This document shows, piece by piece, positions 10,482 through 20,480 of a stretch of 64,000 nucleotides of DNA. The stretch's first letter is position 1. Each line of letters starts with the position of its first letter. Origin of the DNA: an uncultured Spirochaetota bacterium. Lineage in GTDB: Bacteria > Spirochaetota > Spirochaetia > SZUA-6 > DRHE01. Below the pieces are notes generated by a model, which was not told where the DNA came from, ran no database searches, and worked only from the letters and a program-made list of their open reading frames with translations. The stretch lies in contig CAVTQG010000049.1 in the NCBI GenBank assembly GCA_963736785.1, forward strand, positions 93,532 through 157,531, read 5' to 3'. A program made the position numbers and the translations under genes.

Positions 10482-11393
10482 CTACGGTCCGGCCAGTCCG
10501 CTGGCCAGCAACGCGTAGGCCGCATTGATCTCCTGGCAGCGACGAAGGCCCTGCGGATTCAGGTCGGGGTGGTAGATCTTCATCAGCGATTTGTAGCACG
10601 ACTTCAGGCGGCGCAGGTCCAGGGTCCCGCCCTCCAGGCCCAGCAGGCGCCTGGCGCGCAGCGCCGGCGTGTCGGCCTGCCCTCCGGCCAGCCGCCGGCC
10701 CTCCCGCCCCTCCGGTCGCGGCGGGCGCTCCGCGTAGCCTTCCCGCACGGCCTGCTCGTGCAACTGTGCGTAGAGGAAAGCGAACAGGCTCTCGGCCTCC
10801 AGCACGTGTTTGCGGAAGAAAAACTCCAGCAGTCGCCGCACGTTGACCCGCGCCAGCTCCGGCAGGCCGAAGGAGCGGCCCGCGCAGTAGCGGCTCGCCG
10901 CCCGCTCCACCAGCTCCTCGAGCGGGAAATACTCCTCCCGGTACACCTCCCGTGCCCGCTCGTAGCGGTGAAAGACGGCGAGCATGGCCGAGAACTGCGC
11001 TTCCTCCAGGCGGTGCCGGGCCAGGGCCTCGCCGACCTCGCCGAGGAAGCAGCCCATGATCTGCACCTGCTCCGGCTGGGTGAAGAAGATTCCCGCCTGC
11101 TCCAGAGGCTGCTCCACCCCCGGCCCGCAGAACAGCTCCAGGAGGCTCACCAGCTCGCCCACGTTGTCCTGGGAGAAACTCCCCCCCACCGAGTCCAGGC
11201 CCACCAAGCGGTTGCCGGCCTGCTGGGCCGCGTACAGGCGCCGGTGAAAGTCGGCGGTGCCCAGGCCCAGCAGCCCTCGCAGCTCGGAGGCCCGCAGGCT
11301 CCAGGCCCGGCCCGCGCCCTCCAGCTCGGCGATCCGGGCGATCACGGGCTCGACGGAGCAGGCGGGCCCCGGCGGGAAACGCGGGTCGCGCAT
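10482..11393 (-). CDS. J-domain (DnaJ-like) protein with an uncharacterised N-terminal domain
   Basis: The C-terminus (LKSCYKSLMKIYHPDLNPQGLRRCQEINAAYALL) is a J-domain with the HPD motif. The ~230 aa N-terminal region has no motif I recognise. It is the last gene of the minus-strand TetR-MMPL cluster. Confidence 0.6.
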   Translation of the reverse strand: MRDPRFPPGPACSVEPVIARIAELEGAGRAWSLRASELRGLLGLGTADFHRRLYAAQQAGNRLVGLDSVGGSFSQDNVGELVSLLELFCGPGVEQPLEQAGIFFTQPEQVQIMGCFLGEVGEALARHRLEEAQFSAMLAVFHRYERAREVYREEYFPLEELVERAASRYCAGRSFGLPELARVNVRRLLEFFFRKHVLEAESLFAFLYAQLHEQAVREGYAERPPRPEGREGRRLAGGQADTPALRARRLLGLEGGTLDLRRLKSCYKSLMKIYHPDLNPQGLRRCQEINAAYALLASGLAGP

Positions 11394-11438
11394 GGCAAGC
11401 GCAAGTATAGCGGGCGGGCTACCACCTGTACACGCGCC

Positions 11439-12803
11439 TCAGAAGCTGAACGCCGCCTTCAGGTACAGCTCTGCTTCGTCCTTCTGCCCGCCGAAGGCGG
11501 TGCCTGCCGCCCCGGTGAGCCAGTGCAGGCCGACCGTGAGACGGGCGGCGTCCACCGGAGAGAAACTCAGCTCCGGATTCAAGGCCAGTCCCCAGGAGCC
11601 GGCGATGTCCGCCAGGTCGTCCACCTCCAAGGCTACGCCCAGCGGGCCTATGGTCAGGCGGTCGCGCAGCAGCTTCCATTCCAGGCCCAGCAGCAGGTAA
11701 TCGTTCAGGGCTTCCGAGCTGTTTTCATTATAGAAGCCGTGCACGTATTGCAGATTCGCGTAGGGTCCCCCGGTGAAAGTGTAGTCCAGGCCCAGGGCCC
11801 ATTTGGCGTACCCCTCGGCCCGCGTTTGCTCCAGTCCTCCGCCGACCGCCAACGTATCGGTAACCAGGACGTAGTCCGGCCAGAACAGGGCCGCCTCCCC
11901 CCAGACCCCGATGCCGAACAGCTCGCCGGCCACGTCCAGCCCGACGACGTGCTGCCGCGGATAGCCCAGCTCCACCTCCAGCGCCGGGTCCGGAAGGACG
12001 GTCACCTTCGTGGCCGCCGGCAGGCTCTGCCGCCCATACAGGTAGCTGGCCGCGAGGTCCCAGCCCCCGACCGTGGCGGCAAGACGCGCGCCCAGGGTCG
12101 TGTTCTGCCACAACCCGTCGCCGGGAGTGTCGAAGGTGAAGCTCAAGGGCGCGGCGGGCAGGCCGTCCGGCATGCTAACCGCTGAAGAGGCGTCGGCGGG
12201 CAGCAGGGCCGGCGTGAAATAGGGAACGTAGACGGCCTCCAGAGTCAACACGGAGAAGTAGGCCTTCAGCTTCACGGCGTCACTGGCCAGGCGCCGGCCG
12301 TAGTCCCAGGGGTCTTCCAGGTTCAGGGGATTCACGTTGTCGACCACGCTCACTCTCTCGGCCGTGCCCCAGACAATGCGTTGGCGGCCTAGCCGCAGAT
12401 CCAACTGGGGCAGCAGGAAGCCGTGCACGTCGGCGTAGGCCTCCACCAGCTCGAAGTCCATCGGGGCCAGGACCTCCAGGGACGCCAGGTCATCCAGTGC
12501 AGCCAGGGTGCCCGGCAGCCCCTGCGCTTTCAGCGCCGCCTCCGCGAACAGGCGCAGCCGCTCCGACGGCTGGGCCTCCAGGTGCAGGTCCAGGCGCAGC
12601 AGGCCGGAGGCGATGTCGCCTTCGGCAAAGCGGAAGTCCTCGCCCGCGGGCAGGCGCAGCTCCCCGCGCAGCTCCCCGCCCCACTCCAGGCCCTGGGCTC
12701 CGGCGGCCGGGCCCGCGGCCAGCAGGACGGCGATAAGAGCTCCCGCGGCCAGCAGCCTCGCGGCCCGCGGCCGGCAGACGACGTGCCTGTTTCGCATCGC
12801 CAC
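11439..12803 (-). CDS. Outer-membrane beta-barrel protein (uncharacterised family)
   Basis: 454 aa with an N-terminal signal-like hydrophobic segment (LLAAGALIAVLLAAGPAAGAQG) and alternating amphipathic strands. Terminal residues …LYLKAAFSF (C-terminal Phe is typical of outer-membrane beta-barrels). Confidence 0.6.
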   Translation of the reverse strand: MAMRNRHVVCRPRAARLLAAGALIAVLLAAGPAAGAQGLEWGGELRGELRLPAGEDFRFAEGDIASGLLRLDLHLEAQPSERLRLFAEAALKAQGLPGTLAALDDLASLEVLAPMDFELVEAYADVHGFLLPQLDLRLGRQRIVWGTAERVSVVDNVNPLNLEDPWDYGRRLASDAVKLKAYFSVLTLEAVYVPYFTPALLPADASSAVSMPDGLPAAPLSFTFDTPGDGLWQNTTLGARLAATVGGWDLAASYLYGRQSLPAATKVTVLPDPALEVELGYPRQHVVGLDVAGELFGIGVWGEAALFWPDYVLVTDTLAVGGGLEQTRAEGYAKWALGLDYTFTGGPYANLQYVHGFYNENSSEALNDYLLLGLEWKLLRDRLTIGPLGVALEVDDLADIAGSWGLALNPELSFSPVDAARLTVGLHWLTGAAGTAFGGQKDEAELYLKAAFSF

Positions 12804-12814
12804 CTCTCGCGCTT

Positions 12815-13554
12815 TCAGCGTTCCAGGTATCGGGTGGTGAACAGCTCCTCGGCCAGGCCGGAGTCGAAACGGAGGTTGGTGAGCACCATGCGGGTGCGGT
12901 GATCCGTGCCAGGTCGTGCATCTCCCGCTCGCGGGCCACCCAGTAGCCCTTGATCTTCTCCACCGTGCTCGAGGTCAGACGGCGGGCCAGCAGCCCCTTG
13001 CGGTCGTAGTATTCCACGGTCACGAGGACGAAGTTGTCCTTGAGGGCCCACACCCGGAGTCGGGACCAGGCCCTCTGCTGAGCGTCGCGCGGGACCAGGT
13101 CCAGCACGTAGTGCCGTTCATCGCTCGGGCCCAAGCTGGCCGTGTACTTGTCCGCGTACTTCGTGGCCTCCATGTCCTCGTAGGTGAAGTCCGTGCCGGC
13201 GAAACTGGAATTCTTGACGTGCGAGGCGATGCGCTTCACCTTCTTGTACGCCGGCAGGTACAGGTAGATGGAGCCGTCCGGCAGGGACAGCACGCTGATG
13301 CCCTTTTGGTCCGCCGGGGACAGGAAGCGGGCCATGCGCCGGTCGGCGCCCTTTTGGTAGATGCGCAGGGTCCGCTCGCTGCGGTTGCCGGCCTTGTCGA
13401 TCAGGATCAGGCTGGCCTCGAAGTCCTGGTCGCGGGGAGCGGCCGTCGCCGCGTCGATCTTTTCCAAGATCTGTTCGGCGCTCAGGGAATCCTGGGCCCA
13501 GGCACTGGCGGCCAGCAGGCAGAACGCGGCGGCCAGCAGCAAAGCTCTTTTCAT
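12815..13554 (-). CDS. LolA-like outer-membrane lipoprotein-sorting protein (MMPL-associated); frame shift near 12900
   Basis: Internal start MKRALLLAAAFCLLAASAWAQ at 13554 overlaps the MMPL stop by 4 nt. The family resemblance is to lipoprotein-sorting LolA-like proteins encoded beside HpnN-type MMPL exporters. The C-terminus …TRMVLTNLRFDSGLAEELFTTRYLER* is only reached via a frame shift. The 422-aa ORF prefix (13555..13758) is a GC-frame artefact. Confidence 0.6.
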
Positions 13555-15881
13555 TTCGTTTCCTCTTCTTTCCGGGCCCGCGCGGTTTGCAGCCTCAGAC
13601 CCCAGGCGCGCCGGCGGGCGGGCGCGCGGACTTTGATCTTCAGCTTCTCGGCGCCAAGCGCCAGGATGGCGGGCAGCAGCGACAGGGCGCCCGCCCCGGA
13701 GCTGAGCATGGTCACCACAATCAGCAGGCCGAAGTTGCGCAGCGGCAGCAGGTGGCACAGGAGCAGGGACAGGAAGCCCACCGACACGGTGAGCACGTTG
13801 ATGAGGATGGCCTTGCCGGCGGTGTTCAGGGTGCCTGTCAGGGCGCTGCGGTGGTCCAGGCCGCGATCGAGCTCGTGCCGGTAACGGCTCAGGAAGTGGA
13901 CCGTGTAGTCGATGCCCATGCCCATGGAGATGCTCCCCAACAGCACCGTGGTCACGTCCAGGGGGATGCCGGCCACTCCCATGACCCCGAACAGGAGAAA
14001 CAGGGTGAAGCTAATGGGCACCAACCCGATCAGGGCCCCGGCCACGGAACGCACCAGCAGCAGGTTGCACAGGAACATGAAGGCCACCGCTGCCGCCAGG
14101 CTCCACAGCTGACTGGAGGCGATGGCCGAGTCCAGCCGGGAGTAGATCACCGCCGTCCCGCTCAGCCGGAAGGTTCCGGAGCCCTGCCCCAGGGAAGCGA
14201 GGTAGGCCTTGGTGTCTTTAAGCAGGGAGTTGAGCTGGCGGTAGTTCGGGTTGGCCAGCGTGCCCTGGATCAGGGCTTCCTGCCGGTCCGGCCGCACCAA
14301 CTGTTCCAGAATCGGCTCCCCCTCCAGCAGGAAGAACAGGCTGGCGGCCTGCTCCCGCGTGGCCGGCAGCTCTCGCCGGTCCACCAGGGCGAAGCTCATC
14401 TCCTCCAGCAGCTCCACCGCCGAGTGCACGTTGGCCAGCTGCGGGCGGGTTTTGAGGAAACTCTCCACGCCCTTCATTCTCGCCAGCACCCGCGGGTCCT
14501 GCACATCGCCGGTGACCAGCACCTGCAGGGTGGTGGAACCGCCGAAGTTCTCCTTCATCATGCGCTCGGCCTGGCGGATTTCCGTGCGGCGGCTGAAGTA
14601 CGACAGGATGTCCACCTCCCTGCGCACCAGGGGCACGGCCGCGATGCTGGCCGCGGCCAGGACGGCGCCGACAGCGAGAATGAGCCGGGCGCGCCGCAAC
14701 ACAAAACCGCCGAAGCGCTGGAAAATCCCCGGTCCGGCGCGCCGCGCGGGCCGCTGCCCGCCATCTTGCTGCCCGGCTGCCGTCTGCCTCTCCGCAGCCG
14801 GCGGCGAAAGGTAGGACAGCACCGCGGGCACGAAGGTCAGCGACACCACCAAGGCCAGCAGGACCCCCAGGCTGGAGAAGATCCCGAACTCGCGGATCAT
14901 GGTCAGGTAGGAGCCGAAAACGAAGGAGAGGAAACCGGCCATGGTCGTGAGCCCGGCCAGGAGTACGGGGCCCGTAACCAGGGAGAGGGATCGGGCCGCC
15001 CGCTCCTTGCGGTTCTCCCCCGGCGGCGGGGTTTCGCCGAAGGCGCTGACCACGTGGATCCCGTAGGCGCTGCCGGTGGCCAGCAGGACCACCGGGATGA
15101 TGTTGGTGATGATCGAAAAGGGAATGTGGAGCAGGTTCATGATGCCGATGGTCCAGACGGTGCTGATCAGCACGGAGGCCAGCGGCAGCAGCACGCCGCG
15201 CAGAGTCCGGAAGCTCAAGGCCAGGGCCAGCAGGATCAGGGCGACGGCGATCGGCACAAGCACCAGGAATTCGCGCGAAACCAGGCGGATGATCTCCGCC
15301 ACCTGGAAAGGCAGGCCCGCGAAGTAGAGCCTCTCCTTGATCCCCAGCCCCTCCACGGCCTGGCGCATCCGCCGGGCCGTGCTCGCCGCGTCCGCCTCCT
15401 CCCGGATCCGACAGGCCAGGATGGTCACCCGGCCGTCCGCGGAGACCAGGCGCCCGCGGTACATGGGCTTGGCCAGGGTGTAGCCCCGCAGGCCCTCCTC
15501 TCCCGCCTCCAGGAGTGGTGCGATGTGTAGGTCATCTTCCACCTTGCGGATGTCCAGGACATTGGCCAGGCTGGTGACCCACTCCACGCCGTCCACTTCT
15601 TCTAATGCCGCAGTGAGCTTGCGCACCGAGGCCAGGGTGGCTGGGGCGAACACGTCCTCGGCCTCCAGCCCCACCACGGCGAGCTGGGTCCCGCCGTACT
15701 GCTGGCCGATGTAGCGGTTCAGCTGCACGGCCGGGTCTCCGGCCGGCAGGTAGCTGAAGATGTCGGCGTTGATGCGCATGTCCTTCAGGAGGTAGCCCAG
15801 CACGGCCGTGATCAGGGCCGTAGCGACCAGGATCGGCAGGCGCAGGCGCACCACGCCCCGGGCGAAACCGTTCGACTTCAT
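13551..15881 (-). CDS. MMPL-family RND-superfamily exporter (HpnN-like)
   Basis: 776 aa with two blocks of ~6 TM helices separated by large periplasmic loops. MMPL-like segments such as LPFQVAEIIRLVSREFLVLVPIAVALILL and GMGIDYTVHFLSRYRHEL. Overlaps TetR (4 nt) and the LolA-like gene (4 nt). Confidence 0.8.
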   Translation of the reverse strand: MKSNGFARGVVRLRLPILVATALITAVLGYLLKDMRINADIFSYLPAGDPAVQLNRYIGQQYGGTQLAVVGLEAEDVFAPATLASVRKLTAALEEVDGVEWVTSLANVLDIRKVEDDLHIAPLLEAGEEGLRGYTLAKPMYRGRLVSADGRVTILACRIREEADAASTARRMRQAVEGLGIKERLYFAGLPFQVAEIIRLVSREFLVLVPIAVALILLALALSFRTLRGVLLPLASVLISTVWTIGIMNLLHIPFSIITNIIPVVLLATGSAYGIHVVSAFGETPPPGENRKERAARSLSLVTGPVLLAGLTTMAGFLSFVFGSYLTMIREFGIFSSLGVLLALVVSLTFVPAVLSYLSPPAAERQTAAGQQDGGQRPARRAGPGIFQRFGGFVLRRARLILAVGAVLAAASIAAVPLVRREVDILSYFSRRTEIRQAERMMKENFGGSTTLQVLVTGDVQDPRVLARMKGVESFLKTRPQLANVHSAVELLEEMSFALVDRRELPATREQAASLFFLLEGEPILEQLVRPDRQEALIQGTLANPNYRQLNSLLKDTKAYLASLGQGSGTFRLSGTAVIYSRLDSAIASSQLWSLAAAVAFMFLCNLLLVRSVAGALIGLVPISFTLFLLFGVMGVAGIPLDVTTVLLGSISMGMGIDYTVHFLSRYRHELDRGLDHRSALTGTLNTAGKAILINVLTVSVGFLSLLLCHLLPLRNFGLLIVVTMLSSGAGALSLLPAILALGAEKLKIKVRAPARRRAWGLRLQTARARKEEETK

Positions 15882-16477
15882 GGCTGCACCCCCAGGGACA
15901 CCCCCAGGGAACCGCGGGTCATGAAGTCCACGAAGCCGATGATGTCCTCGGTGCGGATGCCCAGGGAGCTGTGGCGGGTGATTCTCACCGCGTTGAGCAC
16001 GCCCAGGAAGATCACGATCAGGCCGGTGCGCAGCATCTGCCGCGGGACCCCCGGCCAGCCCGATGCTTCCGGCCGGTCGGCTTTCAGCAGCGAGGACACC
16101 AGGTCGGTGAGCTTCTCCACCTTCTCCTCCAGGCGCGTGTAGTCGATAGCCTCGGACAGCAGGATGTTGATCAGGGGCAGGTCCTGCAGGAGCTCCGGGA
16201 GGAATATGTCGACGAGCAGCTTCAGCCCGGCCTGGGTATCTTCCACCCCGGCCATGGCCGTCTCAATGCGGGAGTACAGGCTGCTCCAGCCTTCCTCCAC
16301 GATGGCCCGCACGATCTCGTCCTTGCTCTTGAAGTAGGTGTAGATGGTGCCGACCGACATCCCGGTCTCCCGTACGATGTCGGCGATCGAAGTGTTCACA
16401 AACCCCTTGCTGGAGAACAGCAGCTTGGAGGACTGCAGCACCGCGACCCGTTTGTTTTCGTCCTTTTCCCTGGCCAT
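15878..16477 (-). CDS. TetR/AcrR-family transcriptional regulator
   Basis: 199 aa. N-terminal HTH SIADIVRETGMSVGTIYTYFKSKDEI is the TetR signature. RBS AAGGAGA lies upstream of the ATG at 16477. Confidence 0.85.
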   Translation of the reverse strand: MAREKDENKRVAVLQSSKLLFSSKGFVNTSIADIVRETGMSVGTIYTYFKSKDEIVRAIVEEGWSSLYSRIETAMAGVEDTQAGLKLLVDIFLPELLQDLPLINILLSEAIDYTRLEEKVEKLTDLVSSLLKADRPEASGWPGVPRQMLRTGLIVIFLGVLNAVRITRHSSLGIRTEDIIGFVDFMTRGSLGVSLGVQP

Positions 16478-16622
16478 TCCTTCTCCTTAAAAAATGAGCG
16501 CTCGTTCTTTTATAGGACCTAAAAAGAGGCGCCCGGTTGCGCCTGCCTAATAATAAAACGAGCATTCATTCTTTTATTGGAATATATACTCACCCGACCT
16601 GTTTTTCAAGGCCTCTGGGCAG
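16478..16622 (-). promoter_or_regulatory. AT-rich regulatory region upstream of the TetR-MMPL operon. It holds a sigma70-like promoter, two ~30-bp direct repeats with an imperfect palindrome (candidate TetR operators) and a hairpin plus T-run.
   Basis: In minus orientation: TTGAAA (16604-16609), 17-nt spacer, TATATT (16581-16586). Direct repeats tccaataaaagaatgaatgctcgttttatt and tcctataaaagaacgagcgctcatttttta. The second contains the palindrome AAAAGAACGAGCGCTCATTTTTT centred on GAGCGCTC. Hairpin aggcgc-aaccgg-gcgcct (16536-16553) is followed by ctttttta. Confidence 0.5.
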
Positions 16623-19460
16623 CTAGACCGCGACGGCCCTCCGCCGGTCCCGGGCGCGCAGCACCGCTTTCACCGCTTCGGCGCCGATGGAGGCCGGCAG
16701 CGCCAGGGGGATGATCAGGGCCCAGTGCTTCCAGCCCAGGAAGGTGGTGTGGAAAATCGGGTCCAGGAAGGGCACGTAGATGATGGCCAGCATCACGCCG
16801 AAGGAGCTGAGGAACGCCCAGATCATGTTGCGGTTGCTGCCCAGCCCCAGACGCCAGATGGGCACCCTTTCGGAGCGGCAGGTGAAGGCCCGGAACAGCT
16901 CGGAGAGCACCAGGGTGGTGAAGGCCAGGGTCTGGGCCGCGGTGATCTTGTGCGCGTCCACCGCCCCGGGGAACACGTACAGGGCGATGACGAAGGCAGC
17001 CAGCGTGGACACCATGTCCAAAATGCTCTGCACCCCGATGCCCCACCACATGCCGCCGGTGACGATCGGCTCCTTGGGGTGCCGCGGGGGCCGGTCCATG
17101 ACCCCCGGCTCCGGGGGCTCCATGCCCAGCGCCAGCGCCGGCAGGCCGTCGGTCACCAGGTTGAGCATCAACAGGTGGATCGGCAGGAACGGCAGGGCCG
17201 GCAGGCCGAGCATGGTGGCCAGGAAAACGATGAGGATCTCCCCGACGTTGCAGGACAGCAGGTAGTAGACGAACTTGCGGATGTTGGCGAAGATGACCCG
17301 TCCCTCCTCGATGGCCGAGACGATGGAGGCGTAGTTGTCGTCGGTCAGCACCATGTCCGCGGCCTCCTTGGCCACGTCCGTGCCGGTGATGCCCATGGCC
17401 ACGCCGATGTCGGCGCGCTTGACCGCCGGGGCGTCGTTCACCCCGTCGCCGGTCATGGCCACGATCTGGCCCTGGGCCTTCAGGGTGTCCACGATCTTCA
17501 CCTTGTGCTGCGGGGAGACCCGGGAGTACACGTCCAGCACCGGGGCCAGCTTGCCGAACTCCGCGTCGCTTAGCTTGTCCATCTCCTCGCCGGTCAGCCC
17601 GTCGGGGCCGGGCGTGAACATGCCCAGCTCCCCGGCGATGGCGTGGGCGGTGCGCTTGTGGTCGCCGGTGATCATGACGGTCTTGATTCCGGCCTTGCGA
17701 GCCGTCTCCACGGCCGCCTTGACCTCGGGACGGGGCGGGTCGATCATGCCCTCCAAGCCCAGCAGGGTGAGGTCGGTTTCCAGCTCCTCGGCCTCCAGGC
17801 GGCGGGCGGCCACCGCCAGCGGCCGGCAGGCCACGGCCAGGACGCGCAGCGCCTGGTCGGCCATGGCGTCGTTGGCCGCCATCACCGCCTTGCGGTCCGC
17901 GGCGGTCAGGGGCTTCGGGGAGCCATCCTCCAGTATGTGCGAGCACTTCTGCAGGACCAGGTCGGTGGCGCCCTTGGTGAAGGCCATGTAGGGCGAAGTG
18001 AGCGCGAAGGGGCGGTGGCCGCCCTTGCCTTCGGACCAGGCATGCACGGTGGTCATGCGCTTGCGCACCGAGTCGAAGGGCACCTCCCCGACGCGCGGCA
18101 GGACCTTCTCCTGCTCCGGGCGCCACAGTCCGACCTTGGCCGCCGCGACCACCATGGCGCCTTCCGTGGGGTCGCCCACCATGCGGAAGCGCTCTGCTTC
18201 CGTCTTTTCCAGGCGCGCGTCGTTGCACAGGGTCCCGCCCAGCAGCGTGCCCGTCAGGGCGTGCAGACCCTCCAGTTTCACCGGCTGGCCGTCGACCTCC
18301 AGCCGCCCCACGGGCTGATAGCCGCGGCCCTCCAAGATGTAGCTCACGCCCCCGGCCCACACCCGCACCACGGTCATCTCGTTCTGCGTCAGGGTGCCGG
18401 TCTTGTCCGAGCAGATGACGGTGGCAGCGCCCAGGGTCTCCACGGCCGGCAGGTTGCGGATCAGGGCGTGGCGGTGCAGCATCCGCTGGGTGCCCAGCGC
18501 CAGGCACACGGTCACCACGGCAGGCAGGCCCTCGGGCACGGCCGCGATGGCCAGGCTCACCGCCGTGAGGAACATTTCCAGGATGTGCTGGCCGCGCAGC
18601 AGGCCCAGGCCGAACACCACGGCGCAGATGGCCAGGGAACCGTAGCCCAGCCACTTGCCCAGCTGGTTCAGCTTGAGCTGCAGGGGCGTCTCCTCGGTCT
18701 CCACCGTGCGCAGCATTTCCGCGATCAGCCCCAGCTGGGTCTTCACGCCCGTGGCCGTGACCACGCCCGTGCCGCGCCCGTAGGAAATCACCGTGCCCAT
18801 GAAGGCGCTGTTGATGCGGTCGCCGATCGGCACCTCCCCGGACAGGACCTTCTCCGCCTCCTTCTCCACCGGCACCGACTCCCCGGTGAGCGCGGCCTCC
18901 TCGATGCGCAGGTTGGCGCTCTCGGTCAGCCGCAGGTCCGCCGGCACGTAGTTTCCGGACTCCAGCAGCACCATGTCGCCGGGCACCAGCTCGCGGGCCG
19001 GGATGTCCGTGAGGTGGCCGTCGCGCAGCACCCGGGCGCTGGGCGCGGCGATCTTGCGCAGGGCCCGCAGGGCGTTTTCGGCCTTGCTCTCCTGGATCAC
19101 GCCCAGGATGGCGTTGATCAGCACGATGCCCAGGATCGCCGCCGCGTCGATGTATTCCTCCCCGCCCCCCTCGGGCCGCAGGATGGCGATGGACACGGAG
19201 ATGGCCGCGGCGATCAGCAGGATGATCACCAGGAAATCCTTGAACTGCTCCAGAAAGCGCTTCCAGAAGGGCGTTGGCGCCTCCTCGGGCAGCTCATTAG
19301 GCCCGACCTGCTCTAGCAGCGCCCGGGCCTGCTCGGAGGAAAGACCTTTTTCGGGGTCCGTGTTCAATTTCCGGACGACTTCCGCAGCCGGAAGGTTGAA
19401 AGCCTGGGCTCCTGAGTTGGGCCATGGTGAGAGTGGATTATATTCGCGGAGTCCGACCAT
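16623..19460 (-). CDS. P-type cation-transporting ATPase (P2-type, Ca2+/cation ATPase-like)
   Basis: 945 aa with the diagnostic motifs [12 protein letters not shown] (phosphorylation site), [35 protein letters not shown] and ~10 TM segments. The start ATG at 19460 has no clear RBS, so the start is moderately uncertain. Confidence 0.85.
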   Translation of the reverse strand: MVGLREYNPLSPWPNSGAQAFNLPAAEVVRKLNTDPEKGLSSEQARALLEQVGPNELPEEAPTPFWKRFLEQFKDFLVIILLIAAAISVSIAILRPEGGGEEYIDAAAILGIVLINAILGVIQESKAENALRALRKIAAPSARVLRDGHLTDIPARELVPGDMVLLESGNYVPADLRLTESANLRIEEAALTGESVPVEKEAEKVLSGEVPIGDRINSAFMGTVISYGRGTGVVTATGVKTQLGLIAEMLRTVETEETPLQLKLNQLGKWLGYGSLAICAVVFGLGLLRGQHILEMFLTAVSLAIAAVPEGLPAVVTVCLALGTQRMLHRHALIRNLPAVETLGAATVICSDKTGTLTQNEMTVVRVWAGGVSYILEGRGYQPVGRLEVDGQPVKLEGLHALTGTLLGGTLCNDARLEKTEAERFRMVGDPTEGAMVVAAAKVGLWRPEQEKVLPRVGEVPFDSVRKRMTTVHAWSEGKGGHRPFALTSPYMAFTKGATDLVLQKCSHILEDGSPKPLTAADRKAVMAANDAMADQALRVLAVACRPLAVAARRLEAEELETDLTLLGLEGMIDPPRPEVKAAVETARKAGIKTVMITGDHKRTAHAIAGELGMFTPGPDGLTGEEMDKLSDAEFGKLAPVLDVYSRVSPQHKVKIVDTLKAQGQIVAMTGDGVNDAPAVKRADIGVAMGITGTDVAKEAADMVLTDDNYASIVSAIEEGRVIFANIRKFVYYLLSCNVGEILIVFLATMLGLPALPFLPIHLLMLNLVTDGLPALALGMEPPEPGVMDRPPRHPKEPIVTGGMWWGIGVQSILDMVSTLAAFVIALYVFPGAVDAHKITAAQTLAFTTLVLSELFRAFTCRSERVPIWRLGLGSNRNMIWAFLSSFGVMLAIIYVPFLDPIFHTTFLGWKHWALIIPLALPASIGAEAVKAVLRARDRRRAVAV

Positions 19461-19497
19461 GTAAAGATTTGATGAAACGGGGGCTTGCGCGGTGCTG

Positions 19498-20480
19498 CTA
19501 TTCCGGCTCCGGTGTGCGGTTCGCGGTGAGCAAGAGGGTGACCGTGGTCCAGACGACTTCCTTGCCGGACAGCTGGGCTGCGGCCAGCGCGCGCAGGCGC
19601 TCCAGCTCGCTCGGCGGGCAGGCCCAGGCGGCTGCCGTAGTTGCCCCGCTCCGCGCGGCCGGACGGCTCTCCCAGCCAGCGTTCCAGGTCCTCGGCGCGG
19701 ATCCAGCGCGGGCCGGCGTGGGACTCCGGCACCGCACCCGCCGCCTGCAGCCCGGCCTCCCCGGCGGCGCGAGTGTAGTCCTCGACGTCCCAGGCGGTCA
19801 GCGGGTCCTCCGGGTCCCGATAGACCCTCTCCTCGGCTTCCCGCAGCCGCTCCACGAACTCCGGCGGCTCACCGCTAAGGTCCAGCAGAGCCGCAAGGTG
19901 CGTGCCCCGGGCGGGCAGCAATTCGGCCAGCGAAAGCCGCCCGCCGGGGGCCAAGAGGTCGGCCAGCAGGCGCAAGGTGCCCGGCTTGTCCGGCTCCCGA
20001 GCCAGGGCGCCGCGCCCGACGATGGCATCGAAGCGCACCGCCGCCGCATCGCCCTGGGCAAGGAGGCGGGGCAGCTCGCCGAGGGCGCCGGCCAGCACGC
20101 GCGGCCTCTCCAGCTCCGACAGGGCCTGGGCGCGGGCATCCAGCAGCTGCGCCTCTGCTTCGTCGCGGGCTAGGGCCCACACTCCGCCCTCCGGCACCCG
20201 CCGCAGCGCCTCCCAGGCCAAGAGGCCGTCGCCGGCGTTGAGGACCAGCACGCGCTGGTGGCGCTGGAGGTCCAGTGCGGAGAACAGGCGCTCCCGCTCG
20301 GCCGAAAGCCTCTCCCCGGCGTTGCTCACCGCCCGCTCCAGCCACAGGTCGCGGCTCTTGCGGCCCGCGCTGAAGGTCAGCACCTCCCGGGGACGGCTCT
20401 CCGCCTCCAGCATGGCGGCCAGCTGCGCCTCCCGCCGCCGCTCCACCTCGGCCCGGACGCGCGCCTCCGCGCCCTCCGCC
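19498..20480 (-). CDS. Class I SAM-dependent methyltransferase-like domain, possibly fused in frame to the C-terminus of RarA (frame shift near 19640)
   Basis: Motif I-like HQRVLVLNAGDGLLAWEAL, then DAIV and LLAPGGRL (Rossmann MTase fold). No stop separates it from the corrected RarA C-terminus. The true C-terminus …LERLRALAAAQLSGKEVVWTTVTLLLTANRTPEPE* (ORF 19498..19737) is reached after a frame shift. Confidence 0.45.

Noticed and set aside
13587-15530. 647-aa plus-strand ORF
   Set aside because: Antisense to the MMPL exporter gene; low-complexity G/Q/H/R-rich translation.
16528-16553. Hairpin plus T-run as the simple intrinsic terminator of the upstream ATPase gene
   Set aside because: A good sigma70-like promoter lies between the ATPase stop and this hairpin. 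The hairpin would therefore sit in the 5' leader of the TetR operon transcript (attenuator or operator-associated structure). A conventional terminator would lie before the promoter. The assignment is left ambiguous.
16606-18654. 682-aa minus-strand ORF overlapping the ATPase gene
   Set aside because: An alternate frame of the P-type ATPase gene. The translation is almost entirely R/G/P/A/H with no motifs. The ATPase frame 16623..19460 carries all the P-type signatures.
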